Part shown: in pieces, positions 47,219-57,647 of the stretch
How the letters are laid out: the number at the start of each line of letters is the position of its first letter
Numbering within the stretch: position 1 is the stretch's first letter
Assembly (NCBI GenBank): GCA_052143835.1
Contig: JBKQRV010000145.1
Coordinates: forward strand, 1,960 to 65,959
Reading direction: 5' to 3'
Source: Alphaproteobacteria bacterium
GTDB taxonomy: Bacteria; Pseudomonadota; Alphaproteobacteria; JACZXZ01
Length of the DNA stretch: 64,000 bases
Position numbers and translations under genes: made by a program
The notes under the pieces: generated by a model
What the model saw: only the letters and a program-made list of their open reading frames with translations
The model's database searches: none
Told to the model about the DNA's origin: nothing

Positions 47219-48406
47219 TCACCAGCTCCGTATCCGCGCGTCGGTCAAAATCTGGGGCCCGTCTGCGGTGAGCAGGACCGTCTCTTCGAAATCGCCGAGA
47301 TAGCCACCGCGCTGGAGCGTGCGCTCGAGGTTGATCACCATATTCTCTCGCAGCGGCATGGTCTCGTTCGTCACGAGCCAGGGCCGATCCCAGCCGAGCC
47401 CGATGCCGTGGCCGAGCCCGGAGAACACGCCTTCGAGCGGGAATCCCAACTCCTCCTGCCGCTTCAATCCGGCGCGCGCCACCTCGCCCGCGGTTACCCC
47501 AGGCCGCATAGCGGCGATACCAGCTTGAATGCAACCGATAGCCGCCTCGAAGGCATGCACCTGCTCGGCTGTGGCGTGGCCGATCGCCTTCGAGCGCGAA
47601 ACGTCGAAATAATAGCCCTTATAGACCCCTGAGATGCCGAGGCGTAGCCATTGCCCGTCTTTGAGCCGCTCAGCTGAGCCCCAGGTCGGGAAATTGTGGC
47701 GGAACGCGGTCGGCGCATTGCCGCCGGTGCCCGAGGCCATGAAGGAGTTGTAGAGAATGCCGCCTGCGCGCAGGAGGATGTCCTGCCCTGCTGCCACCAC
47801 ATCGGCATGGCTGGCGCCCGGCACTGCCGCCTGCAGCATGGTCTCGATCATGCGCGAGCCGAGCCGGGCGGCGTCGCGCAGGATAGCGATTTCGCCGGAC
47901 GACTTGACCGCCCGGAGCTCAGCCAATATGTCGTCCTCGGGAATCCAGGATACCTGCGGCAAGGCGTCACTGAGCGTGCGCCACATCTTCCATGTCAGCA
48001 CGTCGTCGCCCACAACGCCGACGCGCGCTTTTTCCATGCCGCGCGCGCGTATGGCCTCAATTGTCGCCGCCATAACATCGTCGGCCTTGACGATCTGCTC
48101 GCGGGGCAGCCCGACTTCGCTGAGATAAGGCACATCGGCGACCAGGAGCGGATCGCCCTTGGTCGGCAACGCGAGGAAGCCGTGCGCGCGAGCGGTCCAA
48201 TCCGGCGGCAGATCTGGGATATAGGGGAAGGGCGTGTAGTAGTTGGTCAGATACAGCAGATCGCCGAAGCGGTCGACAGTACCGCCGCCTCGCGAGCAAA
48301 CTAGGAGACCGTCATAACCCTTCCCGCGTGCGGCCAACACCGCGGCGGCGCGCCGCGCAGCAAACTCGCCGGGATCGATGGGGCGCGACTGCGGCGTGAA
48401 CGTCAT
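47219..48406 (-). CDS. M24 (Xaa-Pro peptidase/creatinase-fold) hydrolase
   Basis: Motifs YLTNY, LRAVKSSGEI, YKGYYFDVSR, GHGIGL and EETVLLTADG. Confidence 0.85.
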   Translation of the reverse strand: MTFTPQSRPIDPGEFAARRAAAVLAARGKGYDGLLVCSRGGGTVDRFGDLLYLTNYYTPFPYIPDLPPDWTARAHGFLALPTKGDPLLVADVPYLSEVGLPREQIVKADDVMAATIEAIRARGMEKARVGVVGDDVLTWKMWRTLSDALPQVSWIPEDDILAELRAVKSSGEIAILRDAARLGSRMIETMLQAAVPGASHADVVAAGQDILLRAGGILYNSFMASGTGGNAPTAFRHNFPTWGSAERLKDGQWLRLGISGVYKGYYFDVSRSKAIGHATAEQVHAFEAAIGCIQAGIAAMRPGVTAGEVARAGLKRQEELGFPLEGVFSGLGHGIGLGWDRPWLVTNETMPLRENMVINLERTLQRGGYLGDFEETVLLTADGPQILTDARIRSW

Positions 48407-48540
48407 GACAACCTCCTTCGGATCGAAGTGAACAGTAACATTCCGTGCAATGATATGCCGATGAGCAGGGTCGAGACTGACGCGACGATCGGGTTGACCT
48501 CGAGGAGGAGACCGCTCCACATCTGCACGGACATCACGGC
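48403..48540 (-). pseudogene. C-terminal stump of a PotC-like ABC permease
   Basis: SVQMWSGLLLEVNPIVASVSTLLIGIS...; the stop overlaps the M24 ATG. Confidence 0.65.
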
Positions 48541-48550
48541 GGCGTTGTAA

Positions 48551-50569
48551 TCAGAAATCTTTGCACAGGCGCAGCGCGTCGAGAATCGCGGCATGGATGT
48601 CGCGCGAGGCCACGGCGTCGCCGATCCGGTAGAGCCGGAACCGACCCGTCGGATTGAACGCTACCTCCTGCGGGCATCCCGCCACGAGCGCGTCGATGTC
48701 TGTGACACCGTCATTGATCGAAAGCGCCCTGAGGTCGTCGTAGAGCTCGGTGACCGGCGAGGTGCCGTTCTCCAGCACCACCGCTTCGCAAGCCACGGTC
48801 TCGCCATCGCCGGTCAGCTCGTTAACCAGCGTTACGATGAGGCCGTTACCGTCGCGCACCACGCGTGTCAGGCGACGGTCAGGGATAATAGTAGCCTTGC
48901 CCTGATAGAGCCGTCGAAGCAGGAAAGGACGATCGAGATGGCTAGTCTCCTGTGTCGCATAATGGTCGGGGGTCACGTAGACGAGGCGAGCACCATCCAG
49001 CATCAGCCGCTCGGCGCAGGAAGCGGCATTGATCGTGCCGGTGCCGTCGAACACCAGCACCGTGCCAGTCGGCCGCGATGGCGCTTCCAGGACGTCCCAC
49101 ACGGTCTGGCAGAACTCGGCGCCGGGGATTTCTGCAAGGCGGTCGGGCAAGCCGCCGGTGGCGACGATGACGATCTCCGGGTCCTCCGCCAGCACCATGT
49201 CGGCATCAGCGAGGCAATTGAAGCGGAACTTGACGCCTTTGCGCTCGGCCTCGGCGACACGCCAGTCGATGATGCCGATGAGGTCCTTGCGCGAGGGAAC
49301 GCGCATTGCGAGGCGAACCTGCCCACCGGGCTTTGCCGTTGCCTCGAAAACGATGACCTCGTGGCCACGCTCGGCCGAAACGCGGGCCGCCTCGAGCCCG
49401 GCCGGTCCGGCGCCAATGACAACCACTCGTTTGCACTCGGGCGCGGGCGCGATCTCGTGCGGCAGGGAAGCCTCGCGGCCGATCGCCGGATTGTGGATGC
49501 AGCGGCGATGCCACGAGCAATAGGTGGCACCGACGCAGGGCCTGATGCGCTCCTCCTCTCCCCTCATCACCTTGCGGACGATGTGCGGGTCGGCAATATG
49601 GGCGCGCGTCATGCCTATCATATCAACGAGACCCTCGCGCACGGCATGGCGCGCCGTCGCTACGTCGGTGATGCGGCAGGCATGAAAAACCGGCAACTTG
49701 AGCTGCTTCTTGAACTGGCCCGCTCGCTTGAGACTGGGCGCCATGCCGATCTGCATCCCCGGCATGTAGCTGGCTAGGCCGTACTCCGTGTCGATCCGCC
49801 CATAGTTGAGATTGAGGAAGTCTATGAGACCCGAGCGCTCGTGCAGCAGCGCGATCTTGAGGCATTCCTCGTCGCTGAGCCCTTCCGCGAAGCCCTCCCC
49901 CATGGTGGTGCGCAGGCCGACGAGGAAATCGTCGCCGACTTGACGACGCACCTCCTCCAGTACCATGAGCCCGAAGCGGCAGCGATTCTCCAGCGAACCA
50001 CCGAAATCGTCCGTCCGCTTGTTGACGGCGGGCGTCCAGAACTGGCCCACGAGATGGCCGTGTGCGAGGATCTCGACGCCATCGAGCCCGCCCTCCTTGC
50101 AACGACGCGCCGCCTGACCGAACGCCCTGACGATGCGCTCGATGTCGTGGCGGTCCATCTCTTTCGAGACCGCACGGTGCATCGGCTCTCGGTAACGCGA
50201 CGGTGCTACGACGGGCAGCCAATGGTCGGCGCGCCAATGCGTCCGCCCTCCGAGATGCGAAAGCTGGCACATGAGCGCCGCTCCGTGGCGGTGGATACGC
50301 GCCGCGAATTGCTGGAAATGCGGGATGATGTCGTCGTAGCCGGCATGCAGCTGGCCGAACACCGAGGCTGAATCTGGTGCGACGTTCGTCGAGCCCCCGA
50401 ACATGGTGAGGGCGATGCCGCCTTTGGCCTTCTCCTCGTGGTAAAGCTGGTATTGCTGCTGGGGCTTGAAGTCCTCGTGATAGCTGATCGCGTGGCTTGT
50501 GCTCATCACCCGGTTCTTCAACGTTAGGTGCTTGATCCGCAGCGGCTGCAGCAACGCATCTTGGGCCAT
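48551..50569 (-). CDS. NADH:flavin oxidoreductase (OYE + FAD domains; StcD/DgcA-like)
   Basis: Motifs LLQPLRIKHLTLKNR, GHLVGQFW..NKRTD.FGGSLENR, RPCVGATYC...CIHNP and GAGPAGLEAAR. Confidence 0.9.
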   Translation of the reverse strand: MAQDALLQPLRIKHLTLKNRVMSTSHAISYHEDFKPQQQYQLYHEEKAKGGIALTMFGGSTNVAPDSASVFGQLHAGYDDIIPHFQQFAARIHRHGAALMCQLSHLGGRTHWRADHWLPVVAPSRYREPMHRAVSKEMDRHDIERIVRAFGQAARRCKEGGLDGVEILAHGHLVGQFWTPAVNKRTDDFGGSLENRCRFGLMVLEEVRRQVGDDFLVGLRTTMGEGFAEGLSDEECLKIALLHERSGLIDFLNLNYGRIDTEYGLASYMPGMQIGMAPSLKRAGQFKKQLKLPVFHACRITDVATARHAVREGLVDMIGMTRAHIADPHIVRKVMRGEEERIRPCVGATYCSWHRRCIHNPAIGREASLPHEIAPAPECKRVVVIGAGPAGLEAARVSAERGHEVIVFEATAKPGGQVRLAMRVPSRKDLIGIIDWRVAEAERKGVKFRFNCLADADMVLAEDPEIVIVATGGLPDRLAEIPGAEFCQTVWDVLEAPSRPTGTVLVFDGTGTINAASCAERLMLDGARLVYVTPDHYATQETSHLDRPFLLRRLYQGKATIIPDRRLTRVVRDGNGLIVTLVNELTGDGETVACEAVVLENGTSPVTELYDDLRALSINDGVTDIDALVAGCPQEVAFNPTGRFRLYRIGDAVASRDIHAAILDALRLCKDF

Positions 50570-50587
50570 GAGCCTCCGTGTCTCCTT

Positions 50588-52300
50588 TCAAGCGATGTCG
50601 GTCAGCTGTGCTGCGAGGGGCGCACCGATCGTCGCGGCCAAGGCCGGCTCCAGTGCGGCGCGGCGTCCCGCCGCCTCCTGGAGCCAGCCGACCCGCAGCT
50701 CCGGCACTGAGGCGAGGAGCAGCCGGGTATAGGGATGGCGTGGCTTCGTCAACACATCTGATGTCGAGCCCTGTTCAACGACCATGCCCTTGCGCATGAC
50801 CATAATCCGGTCGGCAAGAGAAGCGACAGTCGCGAGGTCATGGCTAATAAAAATGATGGCGAGACCGAGTCGGTCGCGGAGGTCTTCAATAAGACTCACG
50901 ATAGCCGCCGCTACGATCGTGTCGAGCGCGGAGGTGATCTCGTCGCAGACCAGGACATCGGGCTCAGCTGCAAGTGCGCGCGCGAGGTTGACCCGCTGTT
51001 TCTCCCCACCCGAGAGTTGGCCCGGCCGGCGCCGAGCGTATTCAGGCCGCAGTTTAACCATCGTGAGAAGTTCCGCGATACGCCGGTTGCGCTCATTGCG
51101 CGACATGCCGGTGAAAAGTTTCAGGGCACGCCCGAGGATGCGCCCGACGCTGTGCCGCGGATTGAGCGCCGTATCGGCCATCTGAAAAATCACCTGGATG
51201 CGCCGCCGGTCTTGGAGACTCCGTTTCGCGACCGTATGATCCAGCCGGGCACCTTCTAGCCGGATATCTCCCGCAAAAGGCGGATGCAGGCCGGAGATGA
51301 CTTGGGCGAGCGTACTTTTTCCCGAGCCGGATTCACCAATGACGGCAACCACCTCGCCGCGCGCAACGCTAAGGTCGACGTCGTCCACCGCGATTGCCAC
51401 CGGGACGCCTTTGTCGCCGCGGGGTCCGAAACCCGCCTTGATCCCCACCGCCTGGAGGAGCGGCACCGACAGGCTTTGGACGGGGAAGGAACTCCGTCCT
51501 CGAATGCCCTCCATCGTCCAGTGTCGGCAGGCGGCAATCAATTCCTTAGTGTACGCTTCGTACGGCGAACGCAGGATGTCGTCAGTGGCGCCTTGCTCGA
51601 CGATGCGCCCATCGCGCAGGACGATAATTCGCTCGGCCATCTGTGCGACAACGGCGAGGTCGTGGCTCACAAAAAACGCTGCGGTACCCTCTTCCCGGAT
51701 GGCCGAATTCAACGCCTTCAGCACTTCGACTTGCGTCGTCACGTCGAGCGAGCTCGTCGGCTCGTCGCAGACGACGAGCTCGGGCCCTTCGATAAGCCCC
51801 ATCGCGATCATGAAGCGCTGGAGCTGTCCTCCGGATACTTCATGAGGATAGCGCCCGCCAATGCGTTCGGGATCGGGCAGATCAAGCTTGCGGTACAGCC
51901 GCTTGGCGCGTTCGAGGCCCGACTCTGGAGAGAGTCGACCATGCAGGCGCGACGGCTCGATGACTTGGTAGTTGAGCCGAAGTCCCGGGTTGAACGAAGC
52001 GGCGGCACTCTGCGCGACATAGGTCACGCGTCGGCCACGCAGCTCCCTCAGTCTTCGCTCGCCGGCACTGAGCAGCTCGGTGCCGCCGAGAGACACGCGC
52101 CCGCGAAGCACTTCGAGGCCAGGCCTTATGTAGCCGAGGGCGGCGAGGGCCACGGTCGTCTTTCCGGACCCCGACTCACCGATGAGCGCCAGCACCTCGC
52201 CTTTCTCGATCGAAAGCGACAGGCCGTCCACGATCGGTCGGCCGCCGTAGCGCGGGCCGATGGTGAGCTGCTCGATGCTTAAGATCTTTTCCCTTTCCAT
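50588..52300 (-). CDS. Peptide-type ABC transporter, fused double ATPase
   Basis: Two GESGSGK motifs, YPHEVSGGQLQR and QLSGGEKQR. Confidence 0.93.
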   Translation of the reverse strand: MEREKILSIEQLTIGPRYGGRPIVDGLSLSIEKGEVLALIGESGSGKTTVALAALGYIRPGLEVLRGRVSLGGTELLSAGERRLRELRGRRVTYVAQSAAASFNPGLRLNYQVIEPSRLHGRLSPESGLERAKRLYRKLDLPDPERIGGRYPHEVSGGQLQRFMIAMGLIEGPELVVCDEPTSSLDVTTQVEVLKALNSAIREEGTAAFFVSHDLAVVAQMAERIIVLRDGRIVEQGATDDILRSPYEAYTKELIAACRHWTMEGIRGRSSFPVQSLSVPLLQAVGIKAGFGPRGDKGVPVAIAVDDVDLSVARGEVVAVIGESGSGKSTLAQVISGLHPPFAGDIRLEGARLDHTVAKRSLQDRRRIQVIFQMADTALNPRHSVGRILGRALKLFTGMSRNERNRRIAELLTMVKLRPEYARRRPGQLSGGEKQRVNLARALAAEPDVLVCDEITSALDTIVAAAIVSLIEDLRDRLGLAIIFISHDLATVASLADRIMVMRKGMVVEQGSTSDVLTKPRHPYTRLLLASVPELRVGWLQEAAGRRAALEPALAATIGAPLAAQLTDIA

Positions 52301-53148
52301 CAAGCCCTCGTGTCCTGGTATCTGCGTTCTCCCAGGGCGTCGACGATAAGGTTGAGGGAAATGGTGACGGCGGCGATGGCAAGGGCCGGGAAAATAGGCG
52401 CAAGTGCCCCCCCGGAAAGTCCGGAAAGATTTTCCCGAACGAGGCCGCCCCAATCGGCCCTCGGTGGCTGCACCCCCAAACCGAGGAAGCTGAGACTGCT
52501 CATGAACAGGATGGCGAAGCTCAGGCGAAGGGCGAAATCGGTTGCGAGCGGCAGGAGCACATTCGGCAAGACCTCGCCGAAGACCATCCAGGGCAAACGT
52601 TCCCCCCGCGCGCGGGCGGCCCGCACGAAGTCCATCACAACGATGTCGGCACCGAGAGCGCGTGCCACGCGAAAGACACCGGAGGCGTAAACTATTCCCG
52701 CAACCGCGATCAGGACCGTGACGGAAGAGCCTAGTGCCGCGACGGCGACAAGGCCGACAATGATTTTCGGCAACGACAAGAGGACATCCGCGACCCGGCT
52801 GAGGCAGGCGTCGACAAAGCCGTTGCGGATGGCGGCGAGGAGTCCGAGCGTGCCGCCCAGGAGATGCGCAAAGAGCGTTGCTGCAAGGGCCATCGCGATA
52901 GTGATACGCGTGCCGTCGATCAAGCGGGACAGCAAATCACGTCCGAGATAATCGGCGCCGAGCCAAGCTGCGGGGCCCGCCGGGCTGAAAGCGTCGTCGG
53001 AGACGAATGCGGTGGGGTCGTGCGGCATGACGAAAGGACCGAAGACGGCAACCAGCACGAAGAACCCGACCACGACCGCGCCGATCACTAGGCTCCAGCG
53101 TCGCCGTTCGCCATGCTCCGCCAAGGTGCCGTGCTCGAGTGCAGTCAC
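52300..53148 (-). CDS. Peptide-type ABC permease (DppC-like)
   Basis: Motifs LGADYLGRDLLSR, AARARGE and SLSFLGLGVQPP.ADWG; GTG start after GAGGGAG. Confidence 0.9.
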   Translation of the reverse strand: MTALEHGTLAEHGERRRWSLVIGAVVVGFFVLVAVFGPFVMPHDPTAFVSDDAFSPAGPAAWLGADYLGRDLLSRLIDGTRITIAMALAATLFAHLLGGTLGLLAAIRNGFVDACLSRVADVLLSLPKIIVGLVAVAALGSSVTVLIAVAGIVYASGVFRVARALGADIVVMDFVRAARARGERLPWMVFGEVLPNVLLPLATDFALRLSFAILFMSSLSFLGLGVQPPRADWGGLVRENLSGLSGGALAPIFPALAIAAVTISLNLIVDALGERRYQDTRA

Positions 53149-53161
53149 GTTCGCTCCCTCG

Positions 53162-54112
53162 TCATCCGACACTGCTGCGAATTCGGGGATTGAAGAAGAA
53201 GGCGACGAGATCCGCCACAAGGATCAGGAGGACATAGGCACCGCAGAACAACATGGCGCAAGCTTGCACAACCGGCAGATCACGCGCTTCGACCGCATCG
53301 ACCATGAGGCGCGCCATGCCGGGATAGGCGAAGATCGTCTCGACCACCACCACGCCGCTCACGAGATAGGCGACATTAAGGGCCACCACATTGGCCAACG
53401 GCCCAGCGACATTGACCAGCGCATGGACGAAAACAACGCGCCAGCGCGGAACCCCTTTGAGTGTCGCCATCTCGATGAATGGAAGGTCGAGGAGATTGGT
53501 CACCGTGGCCCGGGTCATGCGCGCGATCTGTGCTGTCACCACTAGGGTGAGCGTCGCGACGGGAAGCAGCAGGGCGCGCGCCAGCTGGGTGAATCCGAAA
53601 GTAGGATCGACATTAGCGACGGCGGGCAACCAATGGAGCTTGACGGCGAAAAACAGGACGGCAACCGTTCCAATAAGAAACTCCGGGGTCGCCGAAAGCG
53701 CCAGCACAATGATCGAGGCTATTCGATCGAATAGACCGCCCGACCAGAGCGCCATCAGAAGGCCTAAGCCGAGAGCCAAGGGAACTGCGATCAGCGTGGT
53801 AGCACCAGCTAGCGTCGCGGTGTTCCTGAGGCGCTCCGAAAGCAGCTGGGAGATCGGCGTTTTCGTGGTCAGAGAACGGCCCCAGTCGCCGCGCAGGATC
53901 CCGGCGAGCCAATCGAGGTAGCGCTCGGGTGCCGGACGATTCAGGCCGAGCTGCACTCTGAGGGCCTGGACGCTTTCCGGTGTCGCATATTGCCCGAGGG
54001 CCACTTCTGCGACATCGCCGGGGAGGATTTCACAGCCGACAAACACTAGGAGCGACACGACCCAAAGAACTGCGCCGGCAAGTGCCAGTCGCCTGAGGAG
54101 GAAAACAAACAC
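53162..54112 (-). CDS. Peptide-type ABC permease (DppB-like)
   Basis: Motifs LPGDVA, GDWGRSL, VVVETIFAYPG and RDLPVVQA. Confidence 0.92.
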   Translation of the reverse strand: MFVFLLRRLALAGAVLWVVSLLVFVGCEILPGDVAEVALGQYATPESVQALRVQLGLNRPAPERYLDWLAGILRGDWGRSLTTKTPISQLLSERLRNTATLAGATTLIAVPLALGLGLLMALWSGGLFDRIASIIVLALSATPEFLIGTVAVLFFAVKLHWLPAVANVDPTFGFTQLARALLLPVATLTLVVTAQIARMTRATVTNLLDLPFIEMATLKGVPRWRVVFVHALVNVAGPLANVVALNVAYLVSGVVVVETIFAYPGMARLMVDAVEARDLPVVQACAMLFCGAYVLLILVADLVAFFFNPRIRSSVG

Positions 54113-54214
54113 CTATACCGCCCTAGATACCAAGTCCGTCGGTCACTCTCCTGGGATACGGAAGCGCATTATGCACCGAGGCCGCGCGCAGAACTTGACG
54201 GCAGCTTCGACGAT

Positions 54215-55825
54215 CTAGCTCTCGATCCAGACTTTGTCGGCGAAGTTGAAGCCGTTCAAATTTCCGACGGGCACGGGTGTCAGGCCCTGAACCTTGTTCG
54301 AAATGCCGTCGACATAGCTTATGAAGCACGGCAGCATCAGATAGCCCGAATCGTAGATGATTTTCTGGATCTGATGATAGGCATCGGTGCGCTCCGTCTG
54401 ATCCAAGGTTGCGCGTGCCTTGTCGATCAATTTATCGAGCTCCGGATTCGAATAATGTGAAAAGTTCCAGGGCACGCCCGATTTCCAGGCAAGGCTCAGC
54501 AGTATGTTGTATGTCGGCCGGGGATTAAAATTGATTGCGGTGAACGGACGCTTGCCGGCTACAGCATTCCAATAGCTGTCTGCGGGCTCGCGCTTGAGGT
54601 CCAGATTGAGACCTATCTGCATGGCCTCTCGTTGCAGCAATTGCCCGATTTCAACGCTGAAGGGTGCGGCATCGCTGACGTTAACCTCGATTTTGGCGGA
54701 GCCGATGCCAGACTTGCCGAGATGGTATTTGGCCTTGTCGGGATCGAGAGCGCGCTGCACAAGCTCACTGTTATAAATGGCACTCGTCGACATGATCGGG
54801 TGATCGTTAGCAATGAGTCCCTGCCCCTTCATCACCGTGTCGAGCAGACGCTTGCGATCCATGAGATAGGCGATGGCCATACGCAGATCGAGGTTGTTCG
54901 AAGGCGCTCGGTCCGCAGCGCCCTGAATGGAGGTGTAGCGGGGGCAATTAGTGGTGAATATCCGGGCGGCTCCCGAACCCTTGACTTGATCGATGGCCGT
55001 GCCCTGGACGTCCGTGACCATCTGCGCATCGCCCGAGAGCAGCGCATTCACTCGGGCAACCGGGTCGAGGATGTAGAACAACTCGATCTGGTCGACGTAG
55101 GGCCTTCCTTCCTTCCAATAGTTCTCGTTGCGCACGAAGACGCACCGCACGCCCGGATTGAATTCCTTGACTTTGAATGGCCCGGTGCCGATCGGATTCG
55201 AGAAGTCGGTCGTGCCGTTCTTGACGATCGTAAACTGAAAGATGCCGATCATGATCGGCAGGTCGACGTCCGGGGAAGCCAACTCGACAACGATCGAATT
55301 GGGCCCATCGGACTTCACGTCTGAGACATTGGCGACGAGCGGCCTGGCGCTCGAGCCGAGCTTGGGATCCTTGTGGCGCAAGATGGAGTAGATGATGTCA
55401 TCCATCGTCAAGGGCGTACCGTCCTGATAGGTAACACCTTTCCTTATCTTGAAGACCCACCGCGTCGCCGTCTTGTCTGGCTCGAAGGATTCGGCCAACT
55501 CGGGCTGCGGCTGCGAGTGCTCGTCCAATTGCGTCAGCGTGTTATAGACGCTCGTGGCCCGAATATAGTCGTTGGTATAGATATATTTTGTGGCATCGAA
55601 TGTGTCGTTCGTACTCTGCGTATGCGTGGCGACCCGCAGAAATCCTCCGCGTTTGGGCGCGCTCATGGCCGATTTCGGCGCTATCGCCGATACGCCAGCC
55701 GCGGCGAGCGCCAAGCCGCCCACCAGCGTTGTATTGAATGCGCGCCGCGTTATGCGCGGCCTGTCCTCGGAGTTTCCGCCCACTGCACTTGCGCTGCGGT
55801 CGTCGCCGTTCTGCTTCCCGTTCAT
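54215..55825 (-). CDS. Family 5 ABC substrate-binding protein (Tat signal)
   Basis: Motifs TRRAFN, PKRGG, PELAES and PIGTGPF. Confidence 0.92.
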   Translation of the reverse strand: MNGKQNGDDRSASAVGGNSEDRPRITRRAFNTTLVGGLALAAAGVSAIAPKSAMSAPKRGGFLRVATHTQSTNDTFDATKYIYTNDYIRATSVYNTLTQLDEHSQPQPELAESFEPDKTATRWVFKIRKGVTYQDGTPLTMDDIIYSILRHKDPKLGSSARPLVANVSDVKSDGPNSIVVELASPDVDLPIMIGIFQFTIVKNGTTDFSNPIGTGPFKVKEFNPGVRCVFVRNENYWKEGRPYVDQIELFYILDPVARVNALLSGDAQMVTDVQGTAIDQVKGSGAARIFTTNCPRYTSIQGAADRAPSNNLDLRMAIAYLMDRKRLLDTVMKGQGLIANDHPIMSTSAIYNSELVQRALDPDKAKYHLGKSGIGSAKIEVNVSDAAPFSVEIGQLLQREAMQIGLNLDLKREPADSYWNAVAGKRPFTAINFNPRPTYNILLSLAWKSGVPWNFSHYSNPELDKLIDKARATLDQTERTDAYHQIQKIIYDSGYLMLPCFISYVDGISNKVQGLTPVPVGNLNGFNFADKVWIES

Positions 55826-55932
55826 AGCCTTCTCCTCGTTCCCTCATACATTGCACGGCATTTTTGATTTATGGTTTCGCGCAATGCTCGCCGTTCGAGA
55901 CGTCACATCGCGACACCCCGCAGCGTCGCATA

Positions 55933-57528
55933 TTACAGTCTTGAATGCAAATCCTTGATCACGCGCTTTGCAGCGTTATGCCCCGGCGCACCGGTAACGC
56001 CTCCGCCGGGATGGGCTCCCGAGCCGCAAAGATACAGACCTTCGATCGGTGTCCGGTAACGAGCGGCTTTCGGGTGCGGACGCAGGCTGAAGATCTGATC
56101 GAGCTCGTGCCGTCCGTGAAAGATGCAGCCCTCCGTCAAGCCGAATACGCGCTCGAGGTCGACCGGTGACAGAATCTGTCGAGCAATGATAATTCGGCGC
56201 AGATTGGGAATGTGACGCTCTACCGCCACCAGAATCCGGTCCGCCACCTCTTCCTTGATGCTGTCCCAGTCTCGGCCGCCGGAAAGCCGGTAGGGGTAAT
56301 ATTTGCAAAGAAGCGCCATGACGTGATGGCCAGGCGGGGCCAGACTATCGTCAAGCGCCGAGGCAATTTGGACCGTTACATAGGGCTCCTCCGAGAGCTC
56401 GCCGTCTCGTGCGCGCGCGTAGTTCTTCTCCATCGCCGATACATCCGGCAGAATATTGATGATGGAGCCACGCGCGATCTCAGCCTCTTCGCCCGAGAGA
56501 GTAGCGAATTCCGGCGCCGCATTGAGCGCTAGGTTCATGCGAAGCGAAGCCGTTCCCATGCGGAATTGCTCGATGGCGACCGCAAAGGCGGGATCCAAAT
56601 GTTCCCTTCCCACAAGCTGAAGGAAGGTGCGCTTCGGATCGGTGTTCGCGAGCACCGCGCGCGAGCTTATCTCCTCGCCGGATTCCAGTTGCACGCCCTC
56701 AGCGCGCCCGGCCTTGAGCAAGACACGCGCGACCGGAGCCGAGGTCCGGATTTCGACGCCCATTTCGCGCGCGGACGCTGCCAACGCCTCGGAGACCGCT
56801 CCCATGCCGCCCTTGGCTACACCCCACTTGTAGCGCACGCCGTCGAGCTCGCCCATCACATTGAGCAAAAACGGAACGGCGGAGCCTGCCGCACGCAAGC
56901 TGGCGTAATTGCTGCTGACGCAGTGGATGGTATAGATTTGACGGATCGCGTCGCTCTCGAACCAGCGCTCCGCGAGATCGCAGGCGCTCGACGTGAACAT
57001 CTGGATGAGGAAATGCCGGTCATCGACACTCAGCTTCCGCAACCGAGCGCCGAGCCGCAAACTGCCCAGGAGCGAATCGAGGCCTCCGGCAAGGTCCGGC
57101 GGCTCGCGGAGCCACTGATCGCGGATGATATCCCCTACCTGAAGCAGCCGCGCACGAAGCTCCTTTATCGCGATATAGTCGCGGTTTGAAAAGCGCGCGA
57201 CGGTCGCCTGGTCGTGAGCCTCTTCCCCAGTGAAGAGAATGGCCCGGCCGTCACTCAGGAGATCAAGGGAGCCCTTGTAGGGGATTGACTGCAAGCCATG
57301 CCGCTTGAGATCGAGATCGCGAACCACCTCGGAGCGCAACAGCCCCAGCGAGTAGGAGGCGGTGGAATTGCGGTACTTCGGGTGAAACTCTTCGGTGACC
57401 GCGGCACCGCCGACGATGTGGCGGCGCTCGAGAACCAACGTCTTGAGCCCGGCCTTGCCGAGATAGGCAGCCGCAGTCAATCCGTTGTGCCCTCCGCCAA
57501 TTACGATCGCATCGTATGTCTTTGCCAT
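55933..57528 (-). CDS. FAD-dependent oxidoreductase, phytoene-dehydrogenase-like (PYROXD2 type)
   Basis: Motifs GGGHNGL..AAYL, GGAAVTEE, GGMGAVS and GLYLCGSGAHPGGGVTGAPGHNAA. Confidence 0.9.
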   Translation of the reverse strand: MAKTYDAIVIGGGHNGLTAAAYLGKAGLKTLVLERRHIVGGAAVTEEFHPKYRNSTASYSLGLLRSEVVRDLDLKRHGLQSIPYKGSLDLLSDGRAILFTGEEAHDQATVARFSNRDYIAIKELRARLLQVGDIIRDQWLREPPDLAGGLDSLLGSLRLGARLRKLSVDDRHFLIQMFTSSACDLAERWFESDAIRQIYTIHCVSSNYASLRAAGSAVPFLLNVMGELDGVRYKWGVAKGGMGAVSEALAASAREMGVEIRTSAPVARVLLKAGRAEGVQLESGEEISSRAVLANTDPKRTFLQLVGREHLDPAFAVAIEQFRMGTASLRMNLALNAAPEFATLSGEEAEIARGSIINILPDVSAMEKNYARARDGELSEEPYVTVQIASALDDSLAPPGHHVMALLCKYYPYRLSGGRDWDSIKEEVADRILVAVERHIPNLRRIIIARQILSPVDLERVFGLTEGCIFHGRHELDQIFSLRPHPKAARYRTPIEGLYLCGSGAHPGGGVTGAPGHNAAKRVIKDLHSRL

Positions 57529-57647
57529 GTCGTCCACCTCGGATGCCACCCAAGCGCTGGCTTTTGGGGCACACTTGTCCCTATTATCTTTTCACCAGAG
57601 CATACCTACAGCACGCGGCAAATGTCGACCGCGGCAAGAGAGGCACG

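Noticed and set aside
55933-57528. crtI / carotenoid biosynthesis
   Set aside because: No crtB/crtE nearby; the motifs fit the PYROXD2-like subfamily.
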